A stretch of 64,000 nucleotides of DNA, taken from the NCBI GenBank assembly GCA_024137785.1, contig JAHRHZ010000032.1:4962149-5026148 (forward strand), given 5' to 3'. Source of the stretch: Ginglymostoma cirratum. Its lineage: Eukaryota. Below are positions 25,662 to 38,449 of this stretch, piece by piece. The notes beneath the pieces were generated by a model that was not told where the DNA came from, searched no databases, and saw only the letters and a list, made by a program, of their open reading frames with translations. Numbering within the stretch: position 1 is the first letter of the stretch; every line of letters starts with the position of its first letter. Position numbers and translations under genes: made by a program.

Positions 25662-26935
25662 GTCATAGATTGATACAGCATGGAAACAGTCACTTTGTCC
25701 CATCTTGTCCATACTGACCAGATTTCCCAAACTGAACTAGTTCCATTTGCCTGCATTTGGCCACAGCCCTCTAAACCTTTCCTATCCAAGTATCTGTCCA
25801 AATGCCTTTTAAATGTTGCAACTCTGGCAGGTCATTTCATATATGCACCACCCTCAGGTCCCTTTTAACTCTTTCCCCTCTCACCATAAACCTATGCCCT
25901 CTAGTTCTGGACTCCCCTACTCTGAGGGAAAAAAAAACCTTAGCAAGTCACCTTATCTACAGACGTCAAGATTTTATAAATCTCTATAAGGTCATGCCTT
26001 AGCCTTCGACACCGCACGGAACAAAATCCAAACCTATACAGCCTCTACTTAGAACTCAAACCCTCCATAATCGGTAACATCCTTGTGAATGTTTTTGCCC
26101 CTTTCCTGTGTAATAATATCCTTCCGGTAGCAGGGCAACGAGAATTGTATACAGTACTCCAAATATGACCTTATCAATATCTTGTACAGCTGTAACATGA
26201 CAGCCCAAATTCTATACTCAATGATCTGACCAAAGAAGGCAAGAGTGCCAAATGCCTTCCTCACCACCCTATCTACCTGTAACTCTACTTTCAAGGAACT
26301 ATGTACCTGCACCCCTAGGTCTCCCTGTTTGACAACACTCCCCAAGGCCCTACCATTAACTGTCCATGTCTTGCCCTGGTTTAGTTGACCAAAATGCAAC
26401 CACCTCGCATTTATCTGAATTAAACTCCATCTGATATTCCTTGGCCCACTGGCCCAGTTGATGAAGATCCTGTCATACTCTGAGATAACCTTCCTCATTG
26501 CCCACTGTACCATCAAACTTACTAACCAGGCCTCCTATATTCTTATCCAAATGGTTCATATAAGTTATGAACAATGGTGGACCCAGCACTGATCCTTGCA
26601 GTACACCACTGGTCACAGGCCTCCAGTCCAAAAGTGAACCCTCTACCATCACCCACAGTCTCCCACCATCAAGCCAATTTTGTATCCAATTGGCTAGCTC
26701 TACCTGGATCCCACGTGATCTAACCTTACTAACCAGTCTACCATGTGGAACCTTGTCGAAGGCCTTGTTAAAATCCATTTAGACAACGTTCACCCCTCTG
26801 TCTTCATCTATCTTCTTGGTCACCTCTTCAAAAACTCAATCAAATTTGTGAGACACAATTTCCCACTCACAAAGCCATGTTGACTATCCCTAGTCAGTCT
26901 TTGCCTTTCTAAATGCATGTAGATCCTGTCTGTAT
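25662..26935 (-). mobile_element. CR1 LINE RT remnant
   Basis: ORFs 26473-26778 (MDFNKAFDKVPHGRL...SGVLQGSVLGP) and 26049-26516 (YLEYCIQFSLPCYRKD). Confidence 0.93.
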
Positions 26936-27395
26936 CCCCTAGCAGAATGCATCTGGTCCTGCTGTTAGTAAAACATCCCAGTGGCAGGCCAACTTCATGA
27001 AGCTAAGCTGACATGGCTTCCTGTATTTAATGCACTTAGCTTAGCCCACAGTTTTCAAGAAATTCATCAACCTCAAATGCTAACTCAGTTGTGTGCAGCT
27101 AAAAGTAACTGACAAATAGGTCAAGGGCTCTACTATCTAAACAATTGTTTAAATAAGTAATTGTATAAATAAGTAATTGTATATGGCTCTCCTCCAATAT
27201 TTCTAAACAACTTCATACTGACCGTCTGATTGGCATCATTCAGGAGATAACCATTTCTTGTTGTTCTGGAAGCCTGACCTAACCATTTTAGTGTTACCTT
27301 TCTCACACCATATGTTATATGCTAACAATGCATTATTCTCTGCTTACTCCGATAATAGCTATGCTGATCACTGCTTTTCAATGACAACCACTTAC

Positions 27396-27803
27396 CAGTT
27401 GCTTTTATATTCACAATTGTTTTGTCAGTGCGCTTGGTAGCTATGGTGAACCAAGACCGATCTGGGTCTTGGATCCATTCTCTAGCCTCACAGTAGAACT
27501 CTCCTTGATCAAATGCTTGCAGTTTGTAGATGGTGAGTTTGAATGAAGTAGCTCCAATCTTATCCAATCGTACATCTCCTGATGCCTGCCTTTGTTTGTA
27601 CGAATCTCCAGTGCGTAGGATGAAATCTCGTGTGAGAGAGATGACCTTCAGATTCTGATTTCCCTTCTGTATGTACCATGCGACAGCCACGTGTGTGTGC
27701 TGTGATGTTTGTTTAGATACTTCACAGACCAGTTCCAGGGAGTCACCTTCAACTTTATCCAGGGTTTGGGGTACCGATGTTGCACTGAGCGTGTCTGGAA
27801 TGA
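27396..27803 (-). CDS. IGSF3: IGSF3-like exon, Ig V-type domain 2 (contains EWI motif)
   Basis: Acceptor ttttttcttAG at 27805-27804, donor GTAAGT from 27395; 408 nt, phase 1-1. Translates IPDTLSATSVPQTLDKVEGDSLELVCEV...AVAWY...DQGEFYCEAREWIQDPDRSW...VNIKAT, matching recalled IGSF3/CD101 Ig2 (DQGEFYCEAxEWIQDPD). Confidence 0.93.
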
Positions 27804-28155
27804 CTAAGAAAAAAATGATTAATGATTAAACAAAAACGTATTTTAAAATATCAAGTTCACACAGGAATTGTTGACTGTTTGACTACTAATGATTTGAGAA
27901 ATTGTGTATAGTTTGTACATAGGCAATGCTAGTATACTTTGCAGGTTCGGTGGGTGGGGGCGCGGAGGGGTCAGAAAAAGGACATCTTTACAATTCTGTG
28001 TAACATTTCAAAACTCGCTTGATTCTGAACCTCACAAGAAACTGTCTACAGAGCACCATTGATTCCCAGTATGGAAATGGTCATTGGTAAATACTGTCCT
28101 TCAGGGTTAAAGGAATATTTCAAGTGGATATGAGAATTGAGTCAAAATTTTAAAT

Positions 28156-28509
28156 TCTTTTTCAATTCATTTGCAGGATGAGGGCATCATAGACCAGCAC
28201 TTATTGCCCATTCCTAATTACCCAGTATGCAGTTAAGAGTCAACCACGTTGCTGTGGGTCTGAAGTCACGTGTAGGCCAGACCAGGTAAGGATGGCAGTT
28301 TTGTTCCCTGAAGGACATTAGTGAACCAAATGGGTTTTCCTGACAATTGACATGATTTCATAGTGACCATTAGACTCCTAATCTAGATATTTACTGAATT
28401 CAAATTCTAACATCTGCCAGAGTGGGATTTGAACCCAAAGTCCCAAGAATATTACTTGGGTTGCTGTATTAGCAGTCTGGGGATAATACCTCTAGGCCAC
28501 ATCCTCCCC
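28156..28509 (-). mobile_element. tRNA-derived SINE
   Basis: Full-length copy; B-box gggttcaaatcc on the minus strand near 28425-28436. Confidence 0.87.
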
Positions 28510-30210
28510 AGAATAGACAGCAGATAGGGAAGAGGTGGATTATAGCATTATTCGCCAGGAGACAACACCAAGCCATGAGGGTGTTTTAACTCTGGTATTT
28601 GACTGTAATGTCTTTAAAGTTCTAAAAATCATATCATGGATGTAAGCACATGAATGTTTTTGGTCTACAACTTTATCTTTAAAATATACTTCCCAAAATT
28701 AGAGGGTGGGATTTCAAACACGTGTTTAGCATTTGTGCACGGATATCTGAAGCTGTAATTTCAAAATGCAATTCTAAACCAGACAAGCATTAACTTCCCT
28801 ATGTCCACTCTATCTAATATTCTGCTGCACCAGGAGTTTTGGATCACTGAGAACCCTCCAGCAGGATTCTCAACATTTCAAGCTGCTGGCATAACTCAAA
28901 TGCTTTTCTGATGTGTGTGAGTATCAATTTCAAATACAAAATTCCAGCTATTCCAATGCCCTCCAACTGCTGACCCTACAGGGAATTTCAGACTCACCAG
29001 AAGGCATCTGAAGTCACAGCTTTGAAACTTGATTGTCCCACCCAGCTATCTGAAAAGTATGTACCTATAGCAGTTGGGGGCAGAGGGGAGATGGTAACCC
29101 AATAGCCTTCTCCTCCCCACTGTCACCCCCCAGGAATCAATAATGCTCTTGTTGAACTGTCCACTCCTGGTACAATTTATGAACTAGATCAGCTTTGCTT
29201 CAGAGTTATAGGCTGTTTTCCCTGAATGGATGCTCCTCCCCAAAATAGAGGTACACTTGTACCATCTGGGATACATTTGCATTATCGCAGTCAATGTTCC
29301 CTCTGCCAGAATTTGCTGAGCTAGAAAAATGGAATCTCCCAGCAAAACAGCTGACAACGTTAGTTTTGTATGGAACAGACAGGAGCCCCTTCCCTTAATA
29401 AGGCCAACTGGGAAATATCAAAATTACCAACGACGTGGCAAAACAGAAACACTGCTTTATTCTGATGAAGAGACACGTCCCTGAGGAAATTTGGGGCCAT
29501 CATCTCCTTCTGTACCAAGTGCAGGTTTACTGATTTTTTTTTTAGTATCACAAACCCCAGGACAGGTATGGTTGTTTGAGAAAACATGCCATTATTGTCA
29601 CTGGAATTATTTCATTTATTGCTGCTAATATGCTCTAAGATATGTTGCATTTAGGGCAAGAGATTTTGGTTGATTTTATATACATATTACTAAACTTACT
29701 ACTTCAAATTATTCTAACAACTAATAACATTGGTAATCTGCAAATGTAAATTCTTTACACAACACAGCTCAAAATGGTGTCTCCATACAGAACTCAAGAC
29801 ACAAGGCTTGAAATGTGCCTTGTCCTGTGGATGGGTACAGGACCAATAGCCGCTGGCATCACAGGAGGTTGAGCTTGTCAGTGGCCTGGGGTCAGTTTAT
29901 GTAAGTAATTGAATGGGAATTAGAATGGAAATCTTAGCCAAAATAGGACAATAGCCAAGAGATCTTAAAAATCTAGGGTGGGGTGGAGAGAAGGTCAGGA
30001 GTGTGGAACAGAGCCAGAAGTGTGCATATGATTAAAGGAGGAAAGTTCTGGGGATGGCAAACATGACAATTGACAGAGGAGAACAAGATTTTAAAACATT
30101 ACAAACCACAATGTGAAATGGTTTTCACTGAAATAAGACAGAAAAAGGGATGGAGTATTGTCATTTCACATGGAAGGATGTGGAGCAGCAAATACCAGCA
30201 TCTTCATTTG

Positions 30211-30565
30211 TTTTCTTTATTCATTTACTGGATGAAGACATCACTGACTAGGCAGCATTTATTGCCCATCCCTAATTGTCCAGAGGGCAGTTAAGGGTCA
30301 ACCACATTGCTGTAGGTCTGGAGTCACATGTAGGCCAGACCAGGTAAGGATGGCAGTTTCCTTCCCTAAAGGGCATTAGTGAACCAGATGGGTTTTTCCT
30401 GACAATCAACAATGAATTCATGGTCATCATTAGATCCTTAACTCCAGATATTTATTGAATTCAAATTCCACCAGCTGCCATGGCGGGATTCAAACCCTGG
30501 TCCCCAGAACATTACCTGGGTCGCTGGATCAATAGTCCAGCAATAATACCACTAGGCCATTGCCT
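30211..30565 (-). mobile_element. tRNA-derived SINE
   Basis: Full-length copy with A-box tggcctagtgg on the minus strand. Confidence 0.88.
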
Positions 30566-30569
30566 AACT

Positions 30570-30690
30570 GTGGGAATAATAGCTGTGGGAAATACAGAGT
30601 TACAGTGATAGGGTAGGCAGGTGGATCGGTGTGGCCTCAATTGGCCAAACGGCCTGCTTCCACACTGGAAGGCTTCTATGATTCTATAAT
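30570..30690 (+). mobile_element. 3' tail of a CR1-dependent SINE/LINE (HE1-like)
   Basis: tggccaaacggcctgcttccacactggaaggcttctatgattctat is a CR1-type terminus with ttctatga repeats. Confidence 0.55.
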
Positions 30691-33595
30691 TAAGGACCAA
30701 GACCCCACTCCCAAAAATGTAAGGAGAAACTTAATAACCTCACCAGTGCAGCAAGAGAATGCAACAAGCCAATTAAGTACCCTGCCAAGTTTTTGATGCC
30801 TTTAGAGAAAATTCAACATTGCCTGCTCAATGTTGAGGTTAACATCACTGGAAAGTCACATTGTTCCACGTACAAGGATGATTCTTTGCCTCAGACCCTT
30901 CTGTTTAACATTCTCTCGCATCTTGCAATGCATGCTGGCCCTTTGAAACCTGTCTCCAATGTTTCATTCTTCTATTTCACTATACACTGACAGTCAAATG
31001 AGATAAGCATCAGAGTGCTGCTCCGATTTAATATTTATGAATTCTTCTTTGAGTAGAAGTTGGCATATGATGACATAGAGCAGCAGGCCACAGACAGAGG
31101 TCTCCAACGCACCAAACAAATGACCCAGTTAGAGGACAAAGCCATACCTACCTAAGGAATAACATTTCTCAGGTTAGAAAACCTGGAAGCTGTGAGTTCA
31201 AAATCAGTTTGTGATGCAGAATTATTGTACTGGAGGCTTTAGTTATAGAAATACAGACAAAGCATACAGAACTTGTGACTAAAAGACAATGAGGATAGCA
31301 GGGAGTGACAGCAGAAATCTAGTAGTGCAAGCTTTTCTTCTATTCCTTCAGAATTGTGAAGCTATGAGATGAGAAATGGTAAAAATTAAGCTGGCAGTGG
31401 CCTTGCACTCTCCCATTGCCCATCACTTTCATTATGACCAGCCAGAGTAAAGTGTTTGGTAATCAGGAACACGGTTCAGATGGTGAACTGTTATTGGATT
31501 AATTACTGAGCTCAAAGACTCTAAGGGTTTAATGTTTGGTAACAGAGTAGAGTGGAGTAAACTGAATGAAGGCCAAGGTAATATCACTGCTAAGCAAGCA
31601 GCTGGTGTTTTGCCACAAGAAGTGAACATCTTGCATGTTTGGACTGTTCACTGATTTAGCAAATAAATCCCAATGTGTGCCCTACAGCCCTATCTGAATG
31701 GGCTTGATTGAGATAGTGGTAGCATTTCTAATGTCTGCAATTTTAACTTGTAGCGTCCAACGCCTTCTCAGTGGGAGGGTTAATTATTGGCCATCCAACT
31801 TTGGGGGATCATATGGAGATAACAATGACTAATGGATTCTGAATCCAAAGCAACACTTTGAGTGCTTACAGGATAACTAGTACAATCACTGAGGTTTTGA
31901 TCAAGTCAGTTTTTTCATCTATCATGGGGCAGTAGAATTCTATTCTTGGTTCAGGTGGGAGTACTGCAGATCACACTAACGGAGTGGTAGAAAGATGGAA
32001 AGTTTTTTTGTGTGGACCACCATGAGAGACTAAGCCAAGCCAGTTCTGGATGTAAATTGCAGCCAGGGTTAGTGCTATGTCCTTCCTTCATACACTTCCA
32101 TCATAACCAATGCTTCCCTTTTAACTCAAGCAGGAAAAGATACTTCTTCCCACCCCACACGTTGATGTATCCACAATCCTGAATGATCTACTCACAGTCT
32201 CCAGACTGGTGGCACTGTATCTACAGGACTGACTGTGGTCCAATCCCTGGACTCTGGTATGACCATGTGCTGAACTGACTATTTGACTAGAATCAGACAT
32301 GCCCCCTAACTACCTGTGGTAGTACCCCCTGTCTGGTTGCAGTCCCCCTTCAGTGAGGTCTGCATCGTCTTGAGTGCCTCGCATCACCATTTGTTCGAAA
32401 CGCATGTGTTTGCTGTATAAACTACTGACACTTGCAACATTGATATGGGCATATGGTACCACTTCCTTGGCTGTTCAGTGTTCCCCACTGTCACAAGCTG
32501 CCTACTTCATCCTCTGTGATAAAAGGAAATGCAAGCAACAGAAGCTGGTAGTCTTGTAACTGAATACTAAAGACCTTGTGCAGTTGAAAGCAATATGACC
32601 AAAAGACAGAGGCTGGTAGCCTGTAAATCAGTGCTGAATTCGGTGAGTGTGGGCTAAGAAAGCCATGTGAAGAATACAGAATATGACAGACTCCAAAGCG
32701 AATAGATGCTAATAAAGGAAGCCAAAAGCCATAAGACGCATCCTGCGTAGATGCATATATCTGTTCCTGCGCGCAAAGTGCCTTGAGAGAAGCATGCAGG
32801 TGATTGGTGTCCCTGAGCTCCAAAGTAAAATGTTGAAGGGATGAAGTGGTGTGTGAGTTACAACAAGCAGGATGAGACTGGTTGTTTGTCCATGGTGACC
32901 GAGGTGGACAAAGTGTCGAGGAGGATAGTGGCCATGCAGCGTAAAATGGAATGCTGTTGTGAGGAAGCATTCTGGGCATTGGCTGTCACAAGCATTTGAG
33001 GAGCTCACAAATTCTCTTCATCTTTTCGTTCCTTTCTCGCCATGCCTCATCAGGGAGGGCAATATTTCTCCCAAAGATTTCAAACATTTTAGTTACTAAT
33101 AGTTTCTTTGTGCACTTCACTTACTCCCATGTGTAAAGGCTGACTGGGCAGCACAGCAATTCTCTTTGGATGTGTTTGTTGACAAGCAATGCTGTATACT
33201 TCAGTGAAGGAGTACCAAATAAACTACAGTTGCATCTTTCCAGTTTTGTTGATTTGTCTGCTTCTTCATACACTTCATGTGCGCCCTCCATGGGACCACC
33301 ATCTGTATTGCAATCATTCTCTAGCATAACAAATTGGAAGTCTCACTGGGTTGAAAAGTATTGCAACACATAATAGACAGGGGCATACCAGAGGGACTTG
33401 CATGAACAATCCAGGCATCTGAACCTTTCTTTCAGCACTTTGTTTGCACAATGGAATTTTTTCAACTGAGCTTCACCATATCATTCATCCACTGCACTGA
33501 ACCATGAAAAACACAAACAAAATTTATCTCCAAGGAGCCTTTGCAGTGAAAAAATAACAAAGAATTACGGATCTGGAAATCAGAATCTGATTATC

Positions 33596-34010
33596 TGAAT
33601 ACAGCATCTCACTTTCCGCTCGGGTACCCCATGGCCTTCGGGACTCAATATCGAATTCAATCATCTTAGGGCCTAAGCATCATCTTCCATGTCCTTACCC
33701 CAGTCCCCACAAACCAGGCACTGTCATCACATGGGCTGCTACTGCAACAAAGCTTTTTTGAGCTACGATTGTCCTAATTAGCAGCTATTCATTCTCCCAG
33801 GCTGACTATTATCCATTTCTTTGTCTGCCCAACTGTTGTTATCCCTCTGGACTCCATGTCCACCTATTGTTTACTTCTCACCCCCTCACCACCCCATCTT
33901 CAGAATATATACAAACCTTTTCCTAGCTCCAAGCAGTTCTGAAGAAGGGTCACATTCTCTCCACAGATGCTGCCAGACCTGCTGAGCTTTACCATCAATT
34001 TCTGCTTCTG
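33596..34010 (+). mobile_element. PLE (Neptune-type) 3' remnant: end of GIY-YIG ORF plus terminal region
   Basis: Reads QHLTFRSGTPWPSGLNIEFNHLRA* (cf. HLIFRLGTLxPxGLN), then ctgaagaagggtcac and the family-B tail cagatgctgccagacctgctgag. Confidence 0.72.
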
Positions 34011-34351
34011 AATTGTAATGAAAAGCTGCCTCACAGAGTGAATTAAAGTTGTTAGTGTATTCAAAACAAACTCTGAACTCATGACAGTAAATAGAGCATA
34101 ATGAGATTAGAATGTAGTAAAGCAGACAAAAGATATGAACATTTTTGAAATTACTGATATTTAGTTACATAAAATAAAATGATGGTCCATTTTATCTTGG
34201 TCTAATGAGAGTTATCTGCATTTGCTTTTTTTTTCCAGGAATGCTACAAAACCTTACAATAGACAGTAACACGGTTCTGTGAATTAAAAAAAGAACAAAA
34301 GACCTGAAATTGCAAAGTATGATGATGACTAATTCTCAAATAAATGCTCAA

Positions 34352-34546
34352 TTTTTTTATTTTCTTGTGGGACATGGGTGTCACTGGTTGGCCAGCATTT
34401 ACTGCCTGACCCTAGTTGCCCTTGAGAAAATGGTGGTGAGCTGCCTTCTTGAACTGCTGCAGTCAATGTGCTACAGGTTGACCTATAATGCTGTTAGGGA
34501 GGGAATTCCAGAATTTTGTCCCAGAGACAGTGAAGAAACGGCGATA
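34352..34546 (-). mobile_element. 3' end of CR1/L2-group LINE
   Basis: Reverse complement of 50960-51160. Confidence 0.8.
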
Positions 34547-34885
34547 CAGAATCATTGAGCTATACAGTATGGAAATAGGCTCTTCGGTCCAACTCATCCA
34601 TTTTGGCCAGATATCCTAAATTAATCTAGTCCCTTTTGCTAGCATTTGGCCCATATCCCTCTAAACCCTTCATATTCATGTACCCATCCAGATGTCTTTT
34701 AAATATTATAATAATACCAGCCTCCAACACTTCCTCTGGCAGATCATTCTATACACGTCCCACCCTCTGCATGGAAAAGTTGCCCTTTAGGTCCCTTTCA
34801 ATTCTTTCCCCTCTCACCTTAAACATAGCTTTGGACTCTGCTACCCTGAGGAAAAGACCTTGGCTTACCCTATCCATGCCCCTCT
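34547..34885 (-). mobile_element. CR1 LINE 3' tail
   Basis: Near-identical to 15225-15400 and to the reverse complement of 44330-44665. Confidence 0.85.
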
Positions 34886-35035
34886 GTTTGAGACAGAAAA
34901 TAATTTTTGATTAAATTTTCTATTCCAGAAAATAAGGGCAAGATAGGCAATGCTATCTGGCATTGAGGGCTGCAGGATAGCTTCCCACAGCAGTAATAGG
35001 TGATTGCCTTTACAACGAATAATAATCTTATTCCT

Positions 35036-35378
35036 CTTTATTCATTCACAGGATGAGGGTGTCACTGGCTAGGCAGCATTTATTGCCCATCCCAAATTGC
35101 CCAGAGGGCGGTTATGAGTCAACCACAATGCTGTGTGTCTGGAGTCACATGTAGGCCTGACCAGGTAAAGATGGCAGTTTCCTTCCCTAAAGGACATTAG
35201 TGAATCAGATGGGTTTTTCCAACAATCGACAATGGATTCCCAGTCATCATGAGATTCTTAATTCCAGATATTTTTTATTGAATTCAAATTCCACCATCTG
35301 CCATGGTGGGACTCGAACCCAGGTCCCCAGCTCTGGATTAAAAAGTCCAGCAATAATACCAGTAGGCCATCGCCTCCC
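35036..35378 (-). mobile_element. tRNA-derived SINE
   Basis: Full-length copy; B-box gggttcgagtcc on the minus strand. Confidence 0.88.
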
Positions 35379-36717
35379 GTCTGTTCAACTTTCGACTCAA
35401 CCAGGCCTTTCCAGAATTTTGGAAGCTTTAGGACAACAGTTCTGAAGAAGTCATACTAGACTTGAAATATTACTCTGTTTCTCTCTCCACAGAGGCTACC
35501 AAAAACAGAAGTCACTAATACCTTACTGAGAATGTACTGTATGTAATAAGGAGACACTTACAATAATTTGTCCACCTCATTGTATCATGTATTACTGTAA
35601 CTTACAAACGTTCAGGTTGTTAAACAATACTTCATAACTCCAGCTGTAATTCACAAGACCTCCATCTATATCCATGCAACCTAGAAAAGCCTGAAATGGT
35701 GTCCAATTGTTTACTGTGTGCAACTAGCTTAAATAGTAGAACAGTGCTTCACTGCATGTTCTAACAGTGAAGAGGAATTCATACCTTTTAAAAGATGTTA
35801 ACAGCGCATAATACTGCAGAGAGCTGCAACAGATGGCAATCTCACAACCAAGCTGTCATATCTGATGAGCAAAGAAAAATTGCAGCTATTCTTTCCAATG
35901 AGCTCATACTGAGTGGCAGGGACAGGCAACTAAAGAGGGGATATGACAACAATATACGACTGCTTTTCTTCATTGTCATTCTATTGTGACTGATCTCAAA
36001 TGTTAGTAAACTACATCACGAGACCCTCAGGTGATTCCTCCCGTTGTAAGTTACATGTCTATCCTATTTGTCATTAAACCAAACTCATCTCACTATCTGT
36101 TTTCTATTTCTTAATGTAACAGAGTCCTCTGCTGAGATAATTGTATCTTTGAAGCTCACCCTAATCATAATGATTAGACCTTACGGAAATATCAACAAAA
36201 AATACTCTATTCAATTGCCTGTGCAAATGCTCCACCAACAAGCCTGTAAATCAAAATAATGCAGCAGTTCCCTTTTAAAACATAGCATTTTCATACACTG
36301 TGGATTAAGCCCTTAGCAAGAGTCAAAATGTATTATTGACGATTTGATGGATAACATAGTTTAGAAAAAAGAGAAATTGCATTTCCATAGTGTCTGTAAT
36401 GCGACATGACAAAGCAGCCAATTAATTTTGCCTAGAATGTGAATGATGGAAACAGTCCACTCAGCATAATCAGTCCATACCAGCATTTACCGATACAGTG
36501 AGAAAATAATGATCATATTTACTCATGCATTTCCATTTCCCTTTCTCCATAATTCAATCCCATTTCTGCCTCTATGACTAATTCTAAAAGAAACATGTCT
36601 CAGAACTCTGTGTGAGCAATTTTTTTTTCTGCTGTCTGTTCTAAATTTCAGAATAAATATCATACCTATAGCGTCCAACCACAATATCTAATTAACCCTT
36701 GGCCAGTGGCCAAATCA

Positions 36718-37024
36718 TTTTATTCATGAACAGGATAAGGGCATCACTGACCAGGCAGCATTTATTGCCCAGAGGGCGGTTAAGAGTCAACCACATTGCT
36801 GTGGGCCTGGGGTCACATGTAGGCCAGACCAGGTAAAGATGGCAGTTTCCTCCCCAAAAGGACATTAGTGAACCAGATGGGTTTTGCAACAATTGACAAT
36901 GGATTCATGGTTATCATTAGATTCACCCTCTGCCATGGCAGGATTTGAACCCAGGTCCCCAGAATGTTATCAGGGTCTCTGGATTGATAATATAGCAATA
37001 ATACCACTAGGCCATTGCCTCCCC
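36718..37024 (-). mobile_element. tRNA-derived SINE (internal deletions)
   Basis: A-box, B-box, core and tail are all present. Confidence 0.86.
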
Positions 37025-37189
37025 AACTTGAGACTGGCTTCACAGTTAACTGCCAACTGACTTGCAATTTCACAAATAAAGACTGTGAACTTAATTTTCA
37101 GTTCACAAGAAAGTATGTTTTTTGTACTGGTTTCTGGTGGCTCATTGAAGAGGGGACTGGGCTCAGAGAACTTGCTGGTGATGTCAGTG

Positions 37190-37490
37190 GGCTTGGAATC
37201 CAGATGGCCTGGCCATTGCTGTGGGGACACTGGCTCAATTTCCACTGTGCCAGCTGGTAGAATTTAAATTAATGGCTTAATAAAATCTGGAATTGGAAAC
37301 CAGTCTCATTAATAGAGATCATGAAACAATCACCATTTGTCATAAAGACCCAGCTGGTTCATGAATGCTCTTCTGAGAAGAAAATATGCAATCCTACCTG
37401 GTCTGTTCTACATTTGAATCCAGACACGTAGTAATGTGACTGACTCTTAACTGCCATCTGAAATAGCCTAAGAAACCATTCTGTTGTCCC
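37190..37490 (+). mobile_element. Older diverged copy of the same SINE core
   Basis: aataaaatctggaatt...cccagctggttca...cctacctggtctg...actcttaactgcc. Confidence 0.65.
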
Positions 37491-38449
37491 AACCTGCTCA
37501 AACATGAGATGATATCGTTGTCACTGACCCGCCGCAGCCTGCAAAGGGACTTCTGAACTTTTTGTTTAAGGCTATATATATGGACTATTGAATTCTCACT
37601 CTTAGCAAGTTTCCATTTTAAAAGCCTTTAGTCTCATCCTGATCCTTCCTTAGTCCATAAATGTTCCACTTTAATGCGGTACTAGCTTGAAGTGCAGCCA
37701 TAGTTTTTATGTAGGTAAATGGTGGCACTCAACTTACTTCTAACAAAGTGAATGTGTGAATGTTAGTCAGGACACTCGATTTCTTTTTTAAATAATTCCA
37801 TGGGTTTATTTTTTATATACTGAACAGGAGCCCATGCTTTCTAACTCTCACTTGGAAGAAAGCAGGGATAATTTGAATGTAATCCATCCAGTTGGGAAGT
37901 GGAAACATGAGACTGGCCACTCATTTTACATCTTACCCAAAATCCATGGAATGTAAAATCTGGAGATGAGGGAAGTGGATGGCTGATTCAATCCCATCAT
38001 TTTCCCACAACACTGGTTAGATGAAACTGCATCTCTACTCCTACAGTACTCAGAGCATGCTACTTTAAGGGAGAGGCTTGAAATTCTGAGTTGAAATTCT
38101 GACTCAGAAACAACATTGCTGAGGTGGAGGAGGAAGAAGTACATGCTGTCAAAGCTAATCTGGTCATGAAAGTTCACTGCAGCATGTCTAACATGGGTCT
38201 CAATTGGTTATTGAGCAAAATGTAGTGATTACTTTCCTCAACAGACACTAACTAATCGGAATAGTCTAGCAATAGCTGGAGTAAAATTCATAATTGAGTA
38301 CATAATGACACAGTAAATATCCATGACAGAGGTGCCCAAATGCAGCAGCATCTGGCTGCATGAACATGCTGCATTGAGATTCAGATGTAGCTTCAGATCT
38401 TAACATGACCCATAGAGGCAAGGCCCTTCTCAAGGGAAAGACCTTCATA

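Noticed and set aside
27150-27181. 16-bp tandem duplication taaataagtaattgta x2
   Set aside because: Ordinary local duplication with no further structure.
32120-32300. Minus-strand reading with QIVS...RVQG...YSA, superficially like IGSF3 Ig1 motifs
   Set aside because: Spacing is far too short, the Ig Cys/Trp framework is absent and the donor phase is wrong; treated as chance.
32491-33373. Cluster of 60-160 aa ORFs
   Set aside because: No recognisable motifs or splice structure; possibly decayed repeat, but unclassifiable by eye.
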